Notes: a model not told the origin generated them from the letters alone. A stretch of DNA of 64,000 bases from Bugula neritina (GCA_964035545.1 OZ037767.1:3984707-4048706); one strand, 5' to 3'; counted from the first letter of the stretch, positions 31,733-45,261 are shown. Program-made: numbers and translations.

Positions 31733-33012
31733 ATGGTGCAACCTGATTGGCTGTCAAAGCACTATGTGACTTGTGATTGGCTGATTAGTCAAACTTGGAT
31801 GTTTCTTTGATTATTTTGAATAATAAGAGAGACTTGCATGTGGTAATGCTGGTGCTAAAAGTTTTACTGGTACCTTTTACGAAGAACCAAAGTTCCATGC
31901 ACAGTTTTGAGTGGGCAACTCTACACTGACTACTATATAACTGTATTATAGCATCTTGTAATAGTATAATATATCAGTTTTTATTTAATCTAGTAATGTA
32001 ATGGAGTTGTGATTTCTGTATACGATGCAGGTTGGAGGCTTTGTACTTAACGGACAAACTTAAATTCAATTTATGATATGTAATATAATGAAACACTTTA
32101 TGGCACGATATTTTACTGAACAAATGTATGCCTACACTCAGACTCTACGCAACGTTTTCTGCTGTTATAAAATGCATGTCAGAAATTTTATGAGCTCTAT
32201 ATACCTAGTCTCAAAAATACATACAAACTGCCTTACAGATTCCTATCTGATTTTCAGTGATAAATTATTCAACTTAATATTACACTACTAGATTGCTAGT
32301 ATTCAATACAGCGTTTTTAAATCTAGTGCCTAATGTTTCAAAGTTGAATTTTGATTGAATGCTTTAATTACATATTCCACTCTTTTACAATGTTGATACA
32401 TTCTTATATGGTTTTGCATTCATTCTAGCCTCTCTGGGTTGTTGGTGAATATGGATTATTGTATTTAAAACAAGATGATTATATCTGAAAAGGGTTTTAT
32501 TTCCATGCTAAATATAATATAGATAATATATAATTTTGATATATGTTATCTCTATAAGGTTTCAACTGGGATGAAATCTTGATTCATGCTCCAAAAAAGT
32601 AACAGTAAATTATTATTTGGGCTCTGCAATGTTTCTCATCAAATAGCAATGAGGTCTTTTTAGTGGGTTAAATTCATGTGAATTGGGAGGTAAAAGCTAT
32701 TTATCTAATAAAAAAAATATGATTTAGATGAGTTTATAGACTTGACACATTTGGCCTGCGCAACATAGTATTGATATCTGCTTTGTATTTTATGATAAAC
32801 AGCCTTCAGTAATTTATATGTGCTTATTATTTCATGTTTTTATAATTGTTGGGACAGTTGGAATTTTGAGAATGTTGCCTTATAGAATGTGGATGGTATC
32901 ACAATAATAAAGTGTGTCACTCATAGTTTAAATTCCAGATAAAAAAAGAACAAAATTATGCACAATAAGAAGCCAGGAATTAACTGCAAATAATATAATA
33001 TTTTAAGGAAAC

Positions 33013-36000
33013 ATGGCTGAACCATCATCATCGTAAGTAGTCTTGATAGTTATTGCTACACCTTATATTGTTCTTTAGAGCCACAAATGGCATACAGCCA
33101 CATTTCAACTTGGGCCGGGTTCGAAGGGTGCAATATATTGTGAACCAGCTGCGGCCATTGCCAAATGCATTACAAGCTATAAGGGGTACAATGATAACAC
33201 TAATTTCTCACTTTACATAAGTTTCCAACAATAATACATATTTTAGATAACCCAAGAGTTTTTGTGATTAAAACGTATGACATCTCCAAAGTATAGGTTC
33301 TTTTGCTAATTACACACTTTAAAAACTTAGTCTAGTTCAATGCAAGGAAGGGTTTTTGCAGATATAAAAATAGCAAATCCAAGAAAAGCAAGAAGACAAC
33401 ACTTTACCTGTACTCGAATAGTCATAGACATCATAGTCATAGACATCATAGACACCATCGACACCATAGACATCACCCTCACCACTACTGCCACCGCAGT
33501 CACCACGGCAGTCCCAAGAAGGATAGGTAAGCAGAATCTGCCTTATGTACTGGCTAAACCTAAGCCTCTACTAACGAAAGGTGTGCAAGCAATTCCATGG
33601 AATCTCTTTAAAGACTTTGCGCTCTAGCAGTATTGCTTCATGAAGACTGGAGTTGTCTTCTCTACGTCTCTGTTTTCTTGCATGCAGCATGTCAAATTGC
33701 TCCCAGGAAGTTGTTACGGAGTGTTTATTTCAAAGGAACATTCAACCTGTAGAAAAGTTGCTGAACAATTTACTTGATGTTCACTGGAATGTATTTTGAA
33801 ATGTAAGAGAGAATCTTTCGAGACGTAATTCGTGCATTCTTTTGGAGGAGTCTTTAATTAGGACGAAATACCAATTTAGATTACAATAATATATTATTTC
33901 ATTATTGCAAAATAAGCAATATTTTATTCTAATAAAACGCAAGAAAGAAAGAGCAAAAATCAGACAAGAAAACTTATAGATGTGAATTGCTATAACAACA
34001 GATTCGATAGATGTTTCTTCAAGCCGTTTGACTAGCAAAATACAATAATATTCTCCAAATCCATCCTGATGTCTCTCTACTCCACAGTCTATGTCATGAT
34101 GCCTAAATATGAGCCAATTAGTTTTGAAGATAGGCTGAAACTAATGCTACAACTTGACAATTGTGCAACTTTTTATGATTGAGCAACAGATTTGCTGGCT
34201 AGCATCTGTTTTTTGGAGTTATCTTATCAACACCTTATTGATCACATTGCTCTATACATTTTAAAGGAGAATCTATAGTAGCACACGATCTTGAATATTA
34301 AGCATAAATCATGTCTTCCTTAGCATATGTACCTCTAGAAACTCAACTTAGGCATCTACTATAAAATCTAAAGGCTCCTTACTTCTAGGCTTTATACGTG
34401 TTTTCGTGTTAACTTATGCAGATTCTTTGCTTTTAGTTTAGAATCTCTATTTATATTCTGAATTCAGAATATAAGTAGAGATTCTAAACTAAAAGCATAG
34501 AATCTGCATAAGTTAACACGAAAACATAAAATATAAAACAAAAAGTTTTTAATTGTAGAGGTGGAACTAGGAAGAGGCGGAGGAAAGTTAAAGGAAATAC
34601 GGACACAGACAGTACATATGAGTACAGTTCTTACGATCTACCAGCTAACTCTGTTGACCAAATACCTTCCCGCCCAGAACATGTGCCTGGCATGTACCTC
34701 GCCCATCCCGGCCCTGCCAAGCAGGAATCTTCTAGTATATACACAAACAGCGGTGCCGGACGTGAGTCTCTTTATTCTCTGTCACCATATGATGTCACAG
34801 TTTGCTTCTTCTAACTAAACGTTGATTTGTTGGTTATGCCTGTGCCTATGTGATGAGTTGGTCATGTTGTAGTGGTAAACCTTCCTCAGAAAGTTGAACT
34901 TAAAATCAAAGACACACCAGAAGTTGATAAGTTTACCAAAAAGAAAAGAAAAGCCAGACAAGGGCAGATCAAAGTCTTTCAAGATGCTGCAAATAGCTGT
35001 AGAATAGGTAAGTTTATAAACCTGTACAGTAAGTTTGTCACAATTCACTTGAAAAATTGTAAATTGTTTACAGGAGTTTATTTTAAGAAAGTTACTGAGA
35101 TTGTGTTTTAATGCACATGCAGAGTATAGTGGAGGGATAACATTTATATACTTTAAAAATATTGACATCTATTACTGCCCTAATTTTATCATACCACATA
35201 TCATGTGGTGAAACAAAAATCCCATTATTTTGAAACTTTAAGCATAATTCATAATAAGTACTAGATTTTATTAATTCCTTGATTAGACATCACTGCAATT
35301 ATTATGATTGCATCTGTTACAATGTTAATCAATATCAACATGACAAAAAATGCCCACTACTTGCAAAAAACTAACATATTTGTACTCTTAATTCTTGCCA
35401 ACACAATGATATAATAGCAGTGTTTTAGGAGTTACGAGCACTTGTGTTTTTACACTTTTTAAAGCAGATGTCATATAAAGGCTTTTCTTATCTTTTGCTC
35501 TCTCAAATTTTCTCAGAGATTGACGATGACGGAAATGTGCTGTCGGTAATGCTCAGTGATGACTTGGCTAATACATTCCTTATGTTTGGAAAGGAGGAAT
35601 ACGGCACCACTGAGCCCATTATACTTCAGGAGAACCGATTAGTTCCACTTACTTCTAAGAAAAAACCCTTCCTAAGAGACACTCCAAGAACGTGGGTTGA
35701 TTATTGTAGCAATTCCATTTCACAAAGTGTAGTTTGTGACTTGGTAGATAATTTTATTACGTTATCAAAGTTTACTTTGCTAAATTGTTTTGTTAAATTG
35801 GTGTAATTTATGTGTGTAAAGTGCTATATGATAATATGTCAAATATATGATTATTATATAATAGTGAGGTAAGAATTATTATAAGTGAAAAAAGTGTGAC
35901 TCAATCTTTTATTTGTATTTATTTGGTCAGTTTATATAATTTTTTTAAACTGCTCTTTTATAAGAAATTATTAAATTGATACTGTTTTATTTCTCGTTTA

Positions 36001-38400
36001 CATGGTGTACTATCAGTCATATATCATTTTAATACAGTTTTTAGTAGTAAGCTTATAGAAACGATACTATAGTACTAGTGTGAATTTTAATAGTTTTAAA
36101 ATACTGTCTATACATTATACTAGTTAATTCCCATCTCCATCAATTATTATGCTTTTGCTGAGGGACCTGAAAATTTCGTGATGTGTGTGTATAATTAAAA
36201 ACATATATAAATTAACTAGTGTGCGTGACACAACTACCTGTTTTACCCTTTAACATCATACCATATGTATGTACGAGTACACTAACTCTGTAAAACTTTA
36301 CCCAATGGTGTGCCGACAGGACCAACTGGCTAGGAGTGCAGGAACACTACGAGCCTTTTGAGTCTGTAGCTGGAATGGGTGAAAATAAGAAATATAAGAA
36401 AATTAAGGTAAAGAAACACAAGCTGAAGGGCAACAAGGCCAAATCAGAGCTGCTGTTTGCTGCCGAGAAAGCAGATCTAGTGGTGGATGAATACACAGAC
36501 CAGGTAATGCTTTTAGTGATGTGTCTCAGTATTTAGTTTGTTTTTTAATATTTAATTATATGAATGGCATGGTCATTATTCTAATCAAAAACTCTTACCA
36601 TCAGAAGCTTTTACGAGAATGGAGACTTAGAACAACTGTGTTTTTAGTGCAGAAGTTGCAAAAAGGCTTTTTGTGTGTTTCTTAAATGGGCTACGTATTT
36701 TGTTAACAGTTATTAGCAATGGAATTTTTAAAGCAACAAAAGAACAACTTCATTTTCACATATACAATTTTAAATGCAGTATAAATTGGTTATTAGCTTC
36801 TAAAATTTTTGATCCAAATATACAAAATTTTAGATTGGCAAAGTCTACGTGGCATTTCCTGATGCATCTAAACATAAAACATATCTCTTTTCTCTTCCTC
36901 AACGTATGAATATCATAACAGAAGAGATTTCTAGAGAGATACCAATTAGACGGGCACACAGTAAGTATTGAATAACTTCGCTACTTTAATAAGTGCAGAT
37001 ATTATTTTTGCAAATTCTAAAATGTATTCCTTAATTTTTAACTTGACTTAATTCAAAATTAAACATTTGAATTGCATGTCTTTGTCTTTGCTTTTTTCCG
37101 TTTCTATACACTGAATTTCTTTCCAATACATACAAAAATAGGTAAATGGTAAGAGTATTGTTTTGAAATATATATCATAAAAAACACCTATTGCATATTT
37201 GGCCATAGTCTATACCCTAGCTTACAAAATAGTGTACCATGGAACAGCCTCTCTTTGGTGTCCATATACCATCTTTATTTCTAATGCCTCACATAGCTAG
37301 GAATATATTCTTTAACTGAAATAAAACTTCAAAGTACATTATAATATGACACTATGTTGCATTTCTGGTAATATGGTTCCTTTAATGCTAGCAAGATGGA
37401 AACAGCTTTCATTCCATGGTATAATTATTAAGTAAAACTATCTGCACTCTACAGTTACAAAATCATGGTTAGAAAACTCAACACAATGCATATAATGATT
37501 ATAGCTGACCCATTTATTATTAATCGATTCATGCGTACTCTCAGAAATACTCAAATGTAACAAGTAGGAGAGAAAACTTTCATACGACCTCAATAAATTT
37601 ATTCTCAATGTTAGTAAGCAGAATTTTTATTTTTTGTGCTCAATTAGCTCGCCATCAGCTTACATCTGCAATATATTCACCATTAGAACATAGAGTATGA
37701 AGTAATAATCCTCTTTCTATTCATCAGTGTATCATAATATCATATTATCATAATATCATAATATCATATTATCACAATATCATGTGACTTGCAGACGACA
37801 AAGCCAACTGGTACGTCCAGAACACGTCCTCCGAGGAATCAGAAGAAGAGGAAGACGAAGCACCAGTGATGCACGAGACGGCTATCTCAGCTGTTGACGA
37901 TGAAATGCCTGGTTAGCTTGATGCTTCTTTGTTTTCTTCTAGCATGGATAGTCACCGCTATATCAGTTCTTAACCACTTTTAATCAATTTAAGTTTGGTA
38001 CTCAGACATAGCTGGAAAGTTAACTGGCGTTTAGCTTTTTTAAACAATATTTTAAAAAGCAAAAGAACAGTATGATTAACAGCTATGGCTTATTTTGATG
38101 AAAAAATCATTGATAAAAGTACTCAGAAAGCTTGTGAATTATTAAACTTCTAGCAGACATCTAATTAAACAGGTTTCTAGTAGCTACTGTTTGCTTAAAA
38201 ACATTTTAAATTTAGTAGGAAGTAACAGTAATACAGTATATCAATTTAAAGTATTTTGCATGAAGTGTGAACATTGCATTATGATACCATATAAGTTTAG
38301 CACATGACTTCATTTCTCAGGTGGTGTTGACACGAGACAAGCTATTGGATTCCATAGCCAGGCGTGCAACAGCAAGACACCCCAATTGGTCCTTGAGTAA
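33013..38400 (+). CDS. Uncharacterised ~387-aa protein with His/Arg-rich N-terminus, basic clusters and acidic patch. Exons 33013-33032, 33362-33526, 34559-34761, 34873-35007, 35517-35691, 36320-36503, 36922-36960, 37568-37613, 37795-37911, 38321-38400
   Basis: Ten phase-consistent GT-AG exons: MAEPSSSYKNSKSKKSKK...SHRHHSHRHHRHHRHHRHHPHHYCHRSHH...TRKRRRKVK...SSEESEEEEDE...PQLVLE*. The small exons at 36922 and 37568 are the least certain. No family recognised. Confidence 0.65.
34399..34526. repeat. 128-nt palindrome (64-nt arms, no spacer, 2 mismatches) centred on GAATTC
   Basis: tgttttcgtgttaacttatgcagattc...tattctgaa|ttcagaata...gaatctgcataagttaacacgaaaaca. Confidence 0.95.
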
Positions 38401-39076
38401 CAGCAGCCTACCAGCTCACTCACTCTTTATTCGTACTGAATATTCAACACTAGCTAACTTAACTATGTTTATGTGATAGCAAAAATAAATGAAGTATGGG
38501 AGTTAAAAACTGTACGATTTCACAATAACATATTATTACATTATGTGCAGTTGAATGTTGTCTAATTTCTAAAATCAGTTTGTTCTCTTAGTTTGAAGTG
38601 TAGTTGAACATGTCCTATCTAAAAGCCAATAAATGTTAGATAACAGAAAGTTTCTAAATTTACTAAACTCTCGAATATACCTTCACAACTGAAAAGTTTT
38701 GAAAGTTATAAAATATTTATGCTACATGCAGTGTTTAGTATCAATTGTACTACAAATTGTTCCAAACGCATTAATAATGATCAAACTGAATGATGAAATG
38801 CAAACTGTGGTTAATATTTCTAAAAAGCTGTAGGCTATAACAGAAACTGAGCAAAAACAAACAGAAAATTTAATCATTTCCAACTTTTTTCTTATTATAT
38901 ATATTCTTTGGGTCATCTACAATTTAAACAAGTCTTGGTATTATATTATGTGGATGAACATTAAATCTTGGTGTTTAGTCTTGCAGACATATTTTACTTG
39001 GTGCATAGCAGAACGAAGCGCATTGCGTTGATGTGTCACTAAATAATATTTGAAGCGAAGCATTAAAGAATTCAGC

Positions 39077-42000
39077 ATGGCTTTGGTATGTAATAACAGA
39101 ATATTTGAAAAGATTGAGGCCTGTAACTTATTATACAGTTGTTTGGCAAAATAAACTATAAACCCAACAAGTTACAATGATTCTCTGAGAATCTATACTA
39201 ATATCTTAGTTTCACCTTCAAGAACATTGAATATATGCAGTTGCTTAAACCAGTTCTTACAATATTGAAGTGATATTGTAATATGTATTTATATCATTCT
39301 ATTATAGTAGGCACTATAGTATTATAGTATTTTAGAACTAACATAGTGACTAAAGTAACAGTTTTATTAATTAGGTCTTTGCTCATTATAATCAGTATAT
39401 TATACGTTTACTGCGCTTCTACATAACTCAACTACATTATAAAGAACACAGAAAGTTTAAGACTTATAAAAATATAACATATTTAGTCATAATTAAAATA
39501 ACATAGGTCATAGGCTATCCGTAATTACATAACATCAAGTTAGATAAAATCTGTACAAGGTTATGGCATGGCTAGAATTAGGCACTACAATTGAGTCTGT
39601 TTTAAAAGCAATGCAATAATTTACTTTAAAATTAGCTCTGCAGTAATAACTACTATAGCAAAGTATGATATAACACCTGCAGTAATAATCTAACACTAAA
39701 GTTTATTGCCTCATGCAAGAACTTATAACTCATTGCTGTAATAGCTATTCTCTTGTCAGCCAATTGATCTTTTCAATGCTGCAGGTAAAAGTTGTTGAGA
39801 GTGAGTCAGATAGACAGGGCAATCAAATTGATCCACACAGCAGTAAAGAAATCCGAGCTGTATGTATGTTATGTCTCCATGTTCTGTTATGTTTTCTATA
39901 ATGGGTGCTTAAAAATATCATCTTATAATCTTATAAAGTAGTATAAATTATATGTGGTACTGGTTCCTGATGCAGACAGATCGTAGGTGTTACCACTAGT
40001 TTTAGAAAGTTTGTTTTCCAAGTTTATTGCATGTTTAATATTTACCAGAACTTGCAGCCTTTCTTTTTAAGGCCACCATAAGTTTTACAGAATAGTATGT
40101 TCAAGGTAAGTATGAACTTAAAAATCTTACCTTTTCTACTGAGAACTAGAGTGTAAAAATGCTAAAGTTATACTTTTCAGGTGAGTAGCTTGCCGGCGGC
40201 CCCTACACACCGAGTTAGTCTAGCAGAGAGAGCTTGCTACAGAGACTATGGAGAAAGTCCACAAGAACTGCAGTCGCTGGTGTCATCCCAGGCTAAGTAA
40301 GATAACTCCAAACTGTTCCATTACTGATAACTCTAAACTGTTCAGTTACTGCTTCATTAAATTTCTAGTTGACTATTGTTTGTAGACTCAGGAAATCAAG
40401 ACATTCCACCAGAATGTAACTTTTAACTGTTGTGACTTTGACTTGTTTTCTGCTCTAATAAATGTTTCATTAGTTTGATCATAACAATGTGGTTCAAAAA
40501 CTAAATTTAAATCACATTGTTATGCCAAGCTGTACTGTTGATTCAGATCTTTAGTTTACATTGAGTCGGCAGTGGCAAGACTCGGACTTCAAAACTCAAA
40601 AGCAGCCAATCAAAATCAGTTTAAAGACGAGTCACTGCCCCATGCCTTAAAATGGACTACACTGCATGTGTGTGAGTGGATCCGGTCTCTTGGATTCCCC
40701 ATTTACATTGTGAGTAGTGTTTTTGATAAGCGGATAATTTATTGCAATGACTTCTATATTACAGCTGGCCTATACTAAAATAGAAGCTCCTTTAGCTCTT
40801 TCACATTGTATACTATTGGTGATGTTTTCAAATCCCAATTATTCTAATGCATGTTGCAAAGTTTCCTCAAATGTTGTGAATAATACTTTGAAAAGAAGTT
40901 GCAGAAAAGTGGCGAAGTAGAATTTAAATTCAAATTATGTACCTGCTAAAACTATAGCCACTATGGTAACTACAGCTACCATAGCAACTATAGTTGCTAT
41001 GGTAACTACAGCTACTATGGTAACTATTGTTGCTATGGTAGCTGCAGTTGCTATGGTAACTATTATTACTACGGTAACTATGGTATTGTTGCAGAGCTGC
41101 TTCAAATATAATTTTATTGATGGAAAAAAGTTGATTCATTTCCGGGAAGCAAATAATTTGGTTAAAATCGGCATTACTGACTTCCAGCACATTAAACAAA
41201 TCTCCCAATCAGTGAGATCTCTTCTGAATGTGGAGAAGACAATTCTCTATGATTATGAAAACTATATTGGTCATAGGAGCATCTCATTACCTCCTGAAGA
41301 TTCAACAGTGTCTTACTTGCAGGTATGCAGCAGGCTGTGCATCTAATTAACTGCTTAAACTCATCAGTCCTTGCATATATTTTATGTTTGGAAAATGATT
41401 TTATATATAAATATATTCTTGAAACTGAGTGTATAATGCACCAGAATATGAAACATATATAATTATAATAAATATCATCTTACCATTATAGTATTATGTA
41501 TGAACACTTAAATATAATGTAATGAAAAAAAAGTTTATAGTTACTATCCCTGTGAGAAAACCCCTGATGGAAAGGGGCTTTTGTTAGATCGAGCTAAGGA
41601 CTTATTCAAATGGGGCACAGGAGCAATTACGATTGGGTGCTCTTTCTAACATAACCAATGGCCTTTACTGGAGTTAGAACTCATGACTTCGGGTTTACTA
41701 AGCCAGACACTCTACCCTTAGACCACGGCTGCTTCACTTAAATATGCTATAACATAATTGTTAAGATATTTGATATAGTTGCGTCAGATTTCCAAAAACG
41801 TATATGACTGCATTAGTTGAATGTGTCATGACTTAATATCATATGAATATTAATTATAATCAGATATAGTTGAATGAAGTATTATGTTTAACCTGTAAAA
41901 GTTGAGTTTAAACATTAATTATATTATTTTTTAAATTATCTTGTAGGATGCAGCAAGAAGTGGTAACTCTGTAAGAGAAATGAGTTTGCAAGAATACAGA

Positions 42001-42084
42001 GAAAACATTTATGATACAAATTATGATAGAACTAAGAATTTACCAACTAAAGAGAGAAAATGGAAGCAGCATATACATTTGTAG
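39077..42084 (+). CDS. SAMD15: Sterile alpha motif domain protein 15-like. Exons 39077-39085, 39785-39859, 40181-40296, 40547-40709, 41095-41322, 41947-42084
   Basis: LKWTTLHVCEWIRSLGFPIY|SCFKYNFIDGKKLIH...GITDFQHIKQIS...RSISLPPED...YLQ|DAARSG matches the SAMD15 SAM domain and its RSISLP extension. The 5' exons are less certain. Confidence 0.8.
40950..41083. repeat. 9/18-nt tandem repeat composed of RFX X-box-like motifs in SAMD15-like intron 4
   Basis: GTTGCTATGGTAAC at 40993-41006 and 41047-41060, with variants GTTGCTATGGTAGC and GCTACCATAGCAAC. Confidence 0.8.
41547..41733 (-). mobile_element. tRNA-derived SINE in SAMD15-like intron 5
   Basis: Reverse strand reads AGCAGCCG-TGGTCTAAGGG (A box-like)...GAGTTCTAACTCC (B box-like), followed by a non-tRNA body GGCCATTGGTTATGTTAGAAAGAGCACCCAATCGTAATTGCTCCTGTGCC. 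Too degenerate to be a functional tRNA. Confidence 0.7.
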
Positions 42085-42526
42085 ATCTTCTCTATCGTAC
42101 ATCACTTATTGTGGCTAAATTTATGCCACTATGTTTTAACAAAATACTACAGCAATAATCAGCTAGATGTAATTTGACCTAAAGATTAGATATAAAATAG
42201 TATTAAATTGCATGCAATATATGATTGAGAATTGCAAGGATCAACTTTGATTGTTGTGCTGCTCATGTATCTATCTATAGTTAATTATTTTTGTTTTTGA
42301 TATGAAATATTGATAATACAAGATAGTGAGTTTTGCGAAATGCTGCGACTATGTACTTTATATTAGTCACTAGTACAATCATCAGTGCCTTATCTGAAGT
42401 CAGATTGAAAGCAAAAAGTTAAATATTTAAATAATAAGCATGAAGAGGTGGGCGCTAAGATACACTCTTATCTTGTTGTTTTGTTGCATAATTATTATTA
42501 TAATAAATGAATACATGCACATCACG

Positions 42527-42527
<1 letters not shown>

Positions 42528-42570
<43 letters not shown>

Positions 42571-42717
42571 CACACACACAACACACACACAACACACACA
42601 CACACACAACACACACACAACACACACACAACACACACACACACACACAACACACACACAACACACACAACACACGCACAACACACACACAACACACACA
42701 CAACACACACACAACAC

Positions 42718-42769
<52 letters not shown>

Positions 42770-42863
42770 CACACACACAACACACACACAACACACACAA
42801 CACACGCACACACACACACAACACACACACAACACACACACAACACACACACACAACACACAC

Positions 42864-42916
<53 letters not shown>
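42528..42916. repeat. ~390-nt interrupted (CA)n microsatellite
   Basis: Direct observation; accounts for all ORFs at 42427-42935. Confidence 0.98.
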
Positions 42917-42921
<5 letters not shown>

Positions 42922-43369
42922 TTAGCAAAGGTTAGATATTAATCATCTTGAGAAGTTTATCAGTTGAACTATTAGTTGACTAACTATCAATATTTTGTAA
43001 TGAATTTACTATATTATATTGTATAATATAAAATAATAAAATATAATATATTTTACTATACTATATAATGTTATATAACATTACTAATTTACTTGAGAAA
43101 AAATCCAATACATTAAGAGAAAAATATACTTTTGAATAAATAGCAATATTAAAATTGGGGAAGAAAAAATTACTGAGCTGATGAATAAAGATATCTAAAT
43201 GGCGTTGAAGCAATGAAACTGCTAAAATTCTTTGCTATTATTTGTGTCACAAATTGTACTTTCACAGTAGATGTGCAAAACAAGATTAAACAAAACAGCT
43301 AAAATGTGTTATAATATTGTGACTCTAAGTATGAGAATTAGCTAAAATTTTTATTCAAGCAGATAAAAC

Positions 43370-45184
43370 CAGGGATGTAGTGGTACCCATACGGTCCCAT
43401 ACGCCGTATGGCCTAGAAGAAAATAGACTGTTCTAGGCCATACGCCCGTATGGGCATATTTTTGAAAGATGATTAGTGCACAGGATAGTTTGGGCATCCT
43501 CACTGAGAATATCATAAATTTCGCTAACAATCTAATTTAAGTTCTTGTTATGTTAATGCTATGTGGGTGGCATGCGTGTTGCCTACTTGTGATTGTTTAG
43601 CCTGAGATTACACTATGAATACTATGCAGCTATCAACATTGCATCTTCTTATCTCTACGTGTTCACTGAAGCGCGAAGTGCTGTGCATTGGTGATTACTG
43701 AGGAAAAAATCTTTCATTTTCAGTGTATAAATCACTAACTTGTAGAAAATCTATGAAGGCTATTGACAAGATTGAACAAAAAATTTACCATGCATAAATT
43801 TCTCAGGTTTCCGACAGTGTTTGTTCTATTCGAATACCATGTTTTCCTGCTGAGATATTTGGCAAGGATTGAAAAATAAATTTTGCAGGTAAAATTGGCC
43901 AAAAATGGGTAGATTTTTGTCGATAACTTTGCAAAAAAATATTGAAAACTCAAAAAACAGGTGCTCTGAGGAACAGGAAGATCTAAAACATGGTTTTTAA
44001 ATTTTAATTCTAGCACAATTAAGTAAGTTTTTATTTGGCAGGACTGAATTCTTATAATATACCAATAATGTGGCCTCAGCAAGGCAGTGACAGCTAGAAG
44101 GTTGCCCTTATCTATCTTGTGCGGACTTGCATTTTGTCAATAAGCAATGGAATTTGGAAAAAACCAACATGAAATCCAGAAATAAAATCAAAATGTCTTC
44201 AAGAAACAGTACCAGGTGTGTAGGAGAGGCTAATGAAAATTTATCACTGAGGTCTACAGGTACTATATCCACATTTTGGTCAAAAACCCAGCATTATTCC
44301 ATGTTAATTATCAATGCAATAAGGTTTTGCAAACTGTACACCACCATAAGTAACCTTTTATGTTTGATTGTACTAACGTCTGGCTTTACATTTAATCATC
44401 TTCTAGGTTAACACATATTAAACCTGTCAAATTTGTTCTTTTGGGGTATATTTCCTTGATGTATCTAGTGGAAGCTCAGGGGTTTTATTTTAAAACCAAG
44501 TTAACATACTTTTCTTGGGTGTGCTTTATATTGTGTGTAAGGAGGTGTGGCGGTATCACCCTATGGATTAGACTATAGTACTCTAATAAACTCCAAATAG
44601 GTTTTCAACCAATTTCTGCTTGCCAATGAGTTATCAACTCAAATTGCTCTTTATAATTAACCAACACACATTTTCTGATTAGCAATCTTCCTCTGCTCTA
44701 TGATCTATTATTATTTTTCTGTGCACAGCACTGTATTAGTTATTTAAAGTAATCAGGTTGCATTTGGAGAGCACTTGTTACCTGCCTCTATCCTTCCATC
44801 TTTTTGAGATATTCAGCAATTTTTCTGTACAGGTTGGACTTAGTGTCAGAATAAACCTAACTGCAGTTGAGTAAGACTACATTACATTACATTACAGTCA
44901 ACAGATATAGGACAAGACTGAATATTTATATAGTTTGCAGCAATGCCCAGTCGTCATGTAGCTGGTATGGTATGAAAATAATAGCGAGGTGCACATTTCA
45001 ACATAGATTTTTTTCAGAAGAATTATAATTCACAATGGCTTTAAATTGCATAAATTTGCATCAGAAGTGCTCTGAGGGCTTCGGTGGCCGGGGCGCTGCC
45101 CCGGACCCCGCCGGGGGCCTGGGCGGCCCCCTGGACCCCCGGCCTGAGAGTATGGCCAAGAATATTTTTACCACTACATCCCTG
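43370..45184. mobile_element. Non-autonomous hAT-superfamily DNA transposon (1815 bp)
   Basis: Perfect 16-bp TIRs CAGGGATGTAGTGGTA / TACCACTACATCCCTG and perfect 8-bp TSD GATAAAAC (43362-43369, 45185-45192). Subterminal CCATACG/CGTATGG repeats and a GC-rich right subterminus (45075-45145). No transposase ORF. Confidence 0.92.
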
Positions 45185-45261
45185 GATAAAACTGCCTTTA
45201 TATCTGACAACTTTTCATCACTATGTTGGAGAAATGTGAAGGTATTCTGTCTTTGAGCTTT

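Noticed and set aside
40930-41094. MVTTATIAT / YHSN repeat peptides
   Set aside because: Intronic X-box repeat; the real exon starts at 41095.
41660-41733. Functional tRNA gene
   Set aside because: Degenerate B box and no convincing cloverleaf; it continues into a SINE body.
42427-42935. Five ORFs of 130-161 aa rich in HT or CV
   Set aside because: Artefacts of the (CA)n microsatellite.
43735-44411. ORFs inside the hAT element as a transposase
   Set aside because: Short, with no BED finger, DDE or hAT dimerisation motifs recognisable.
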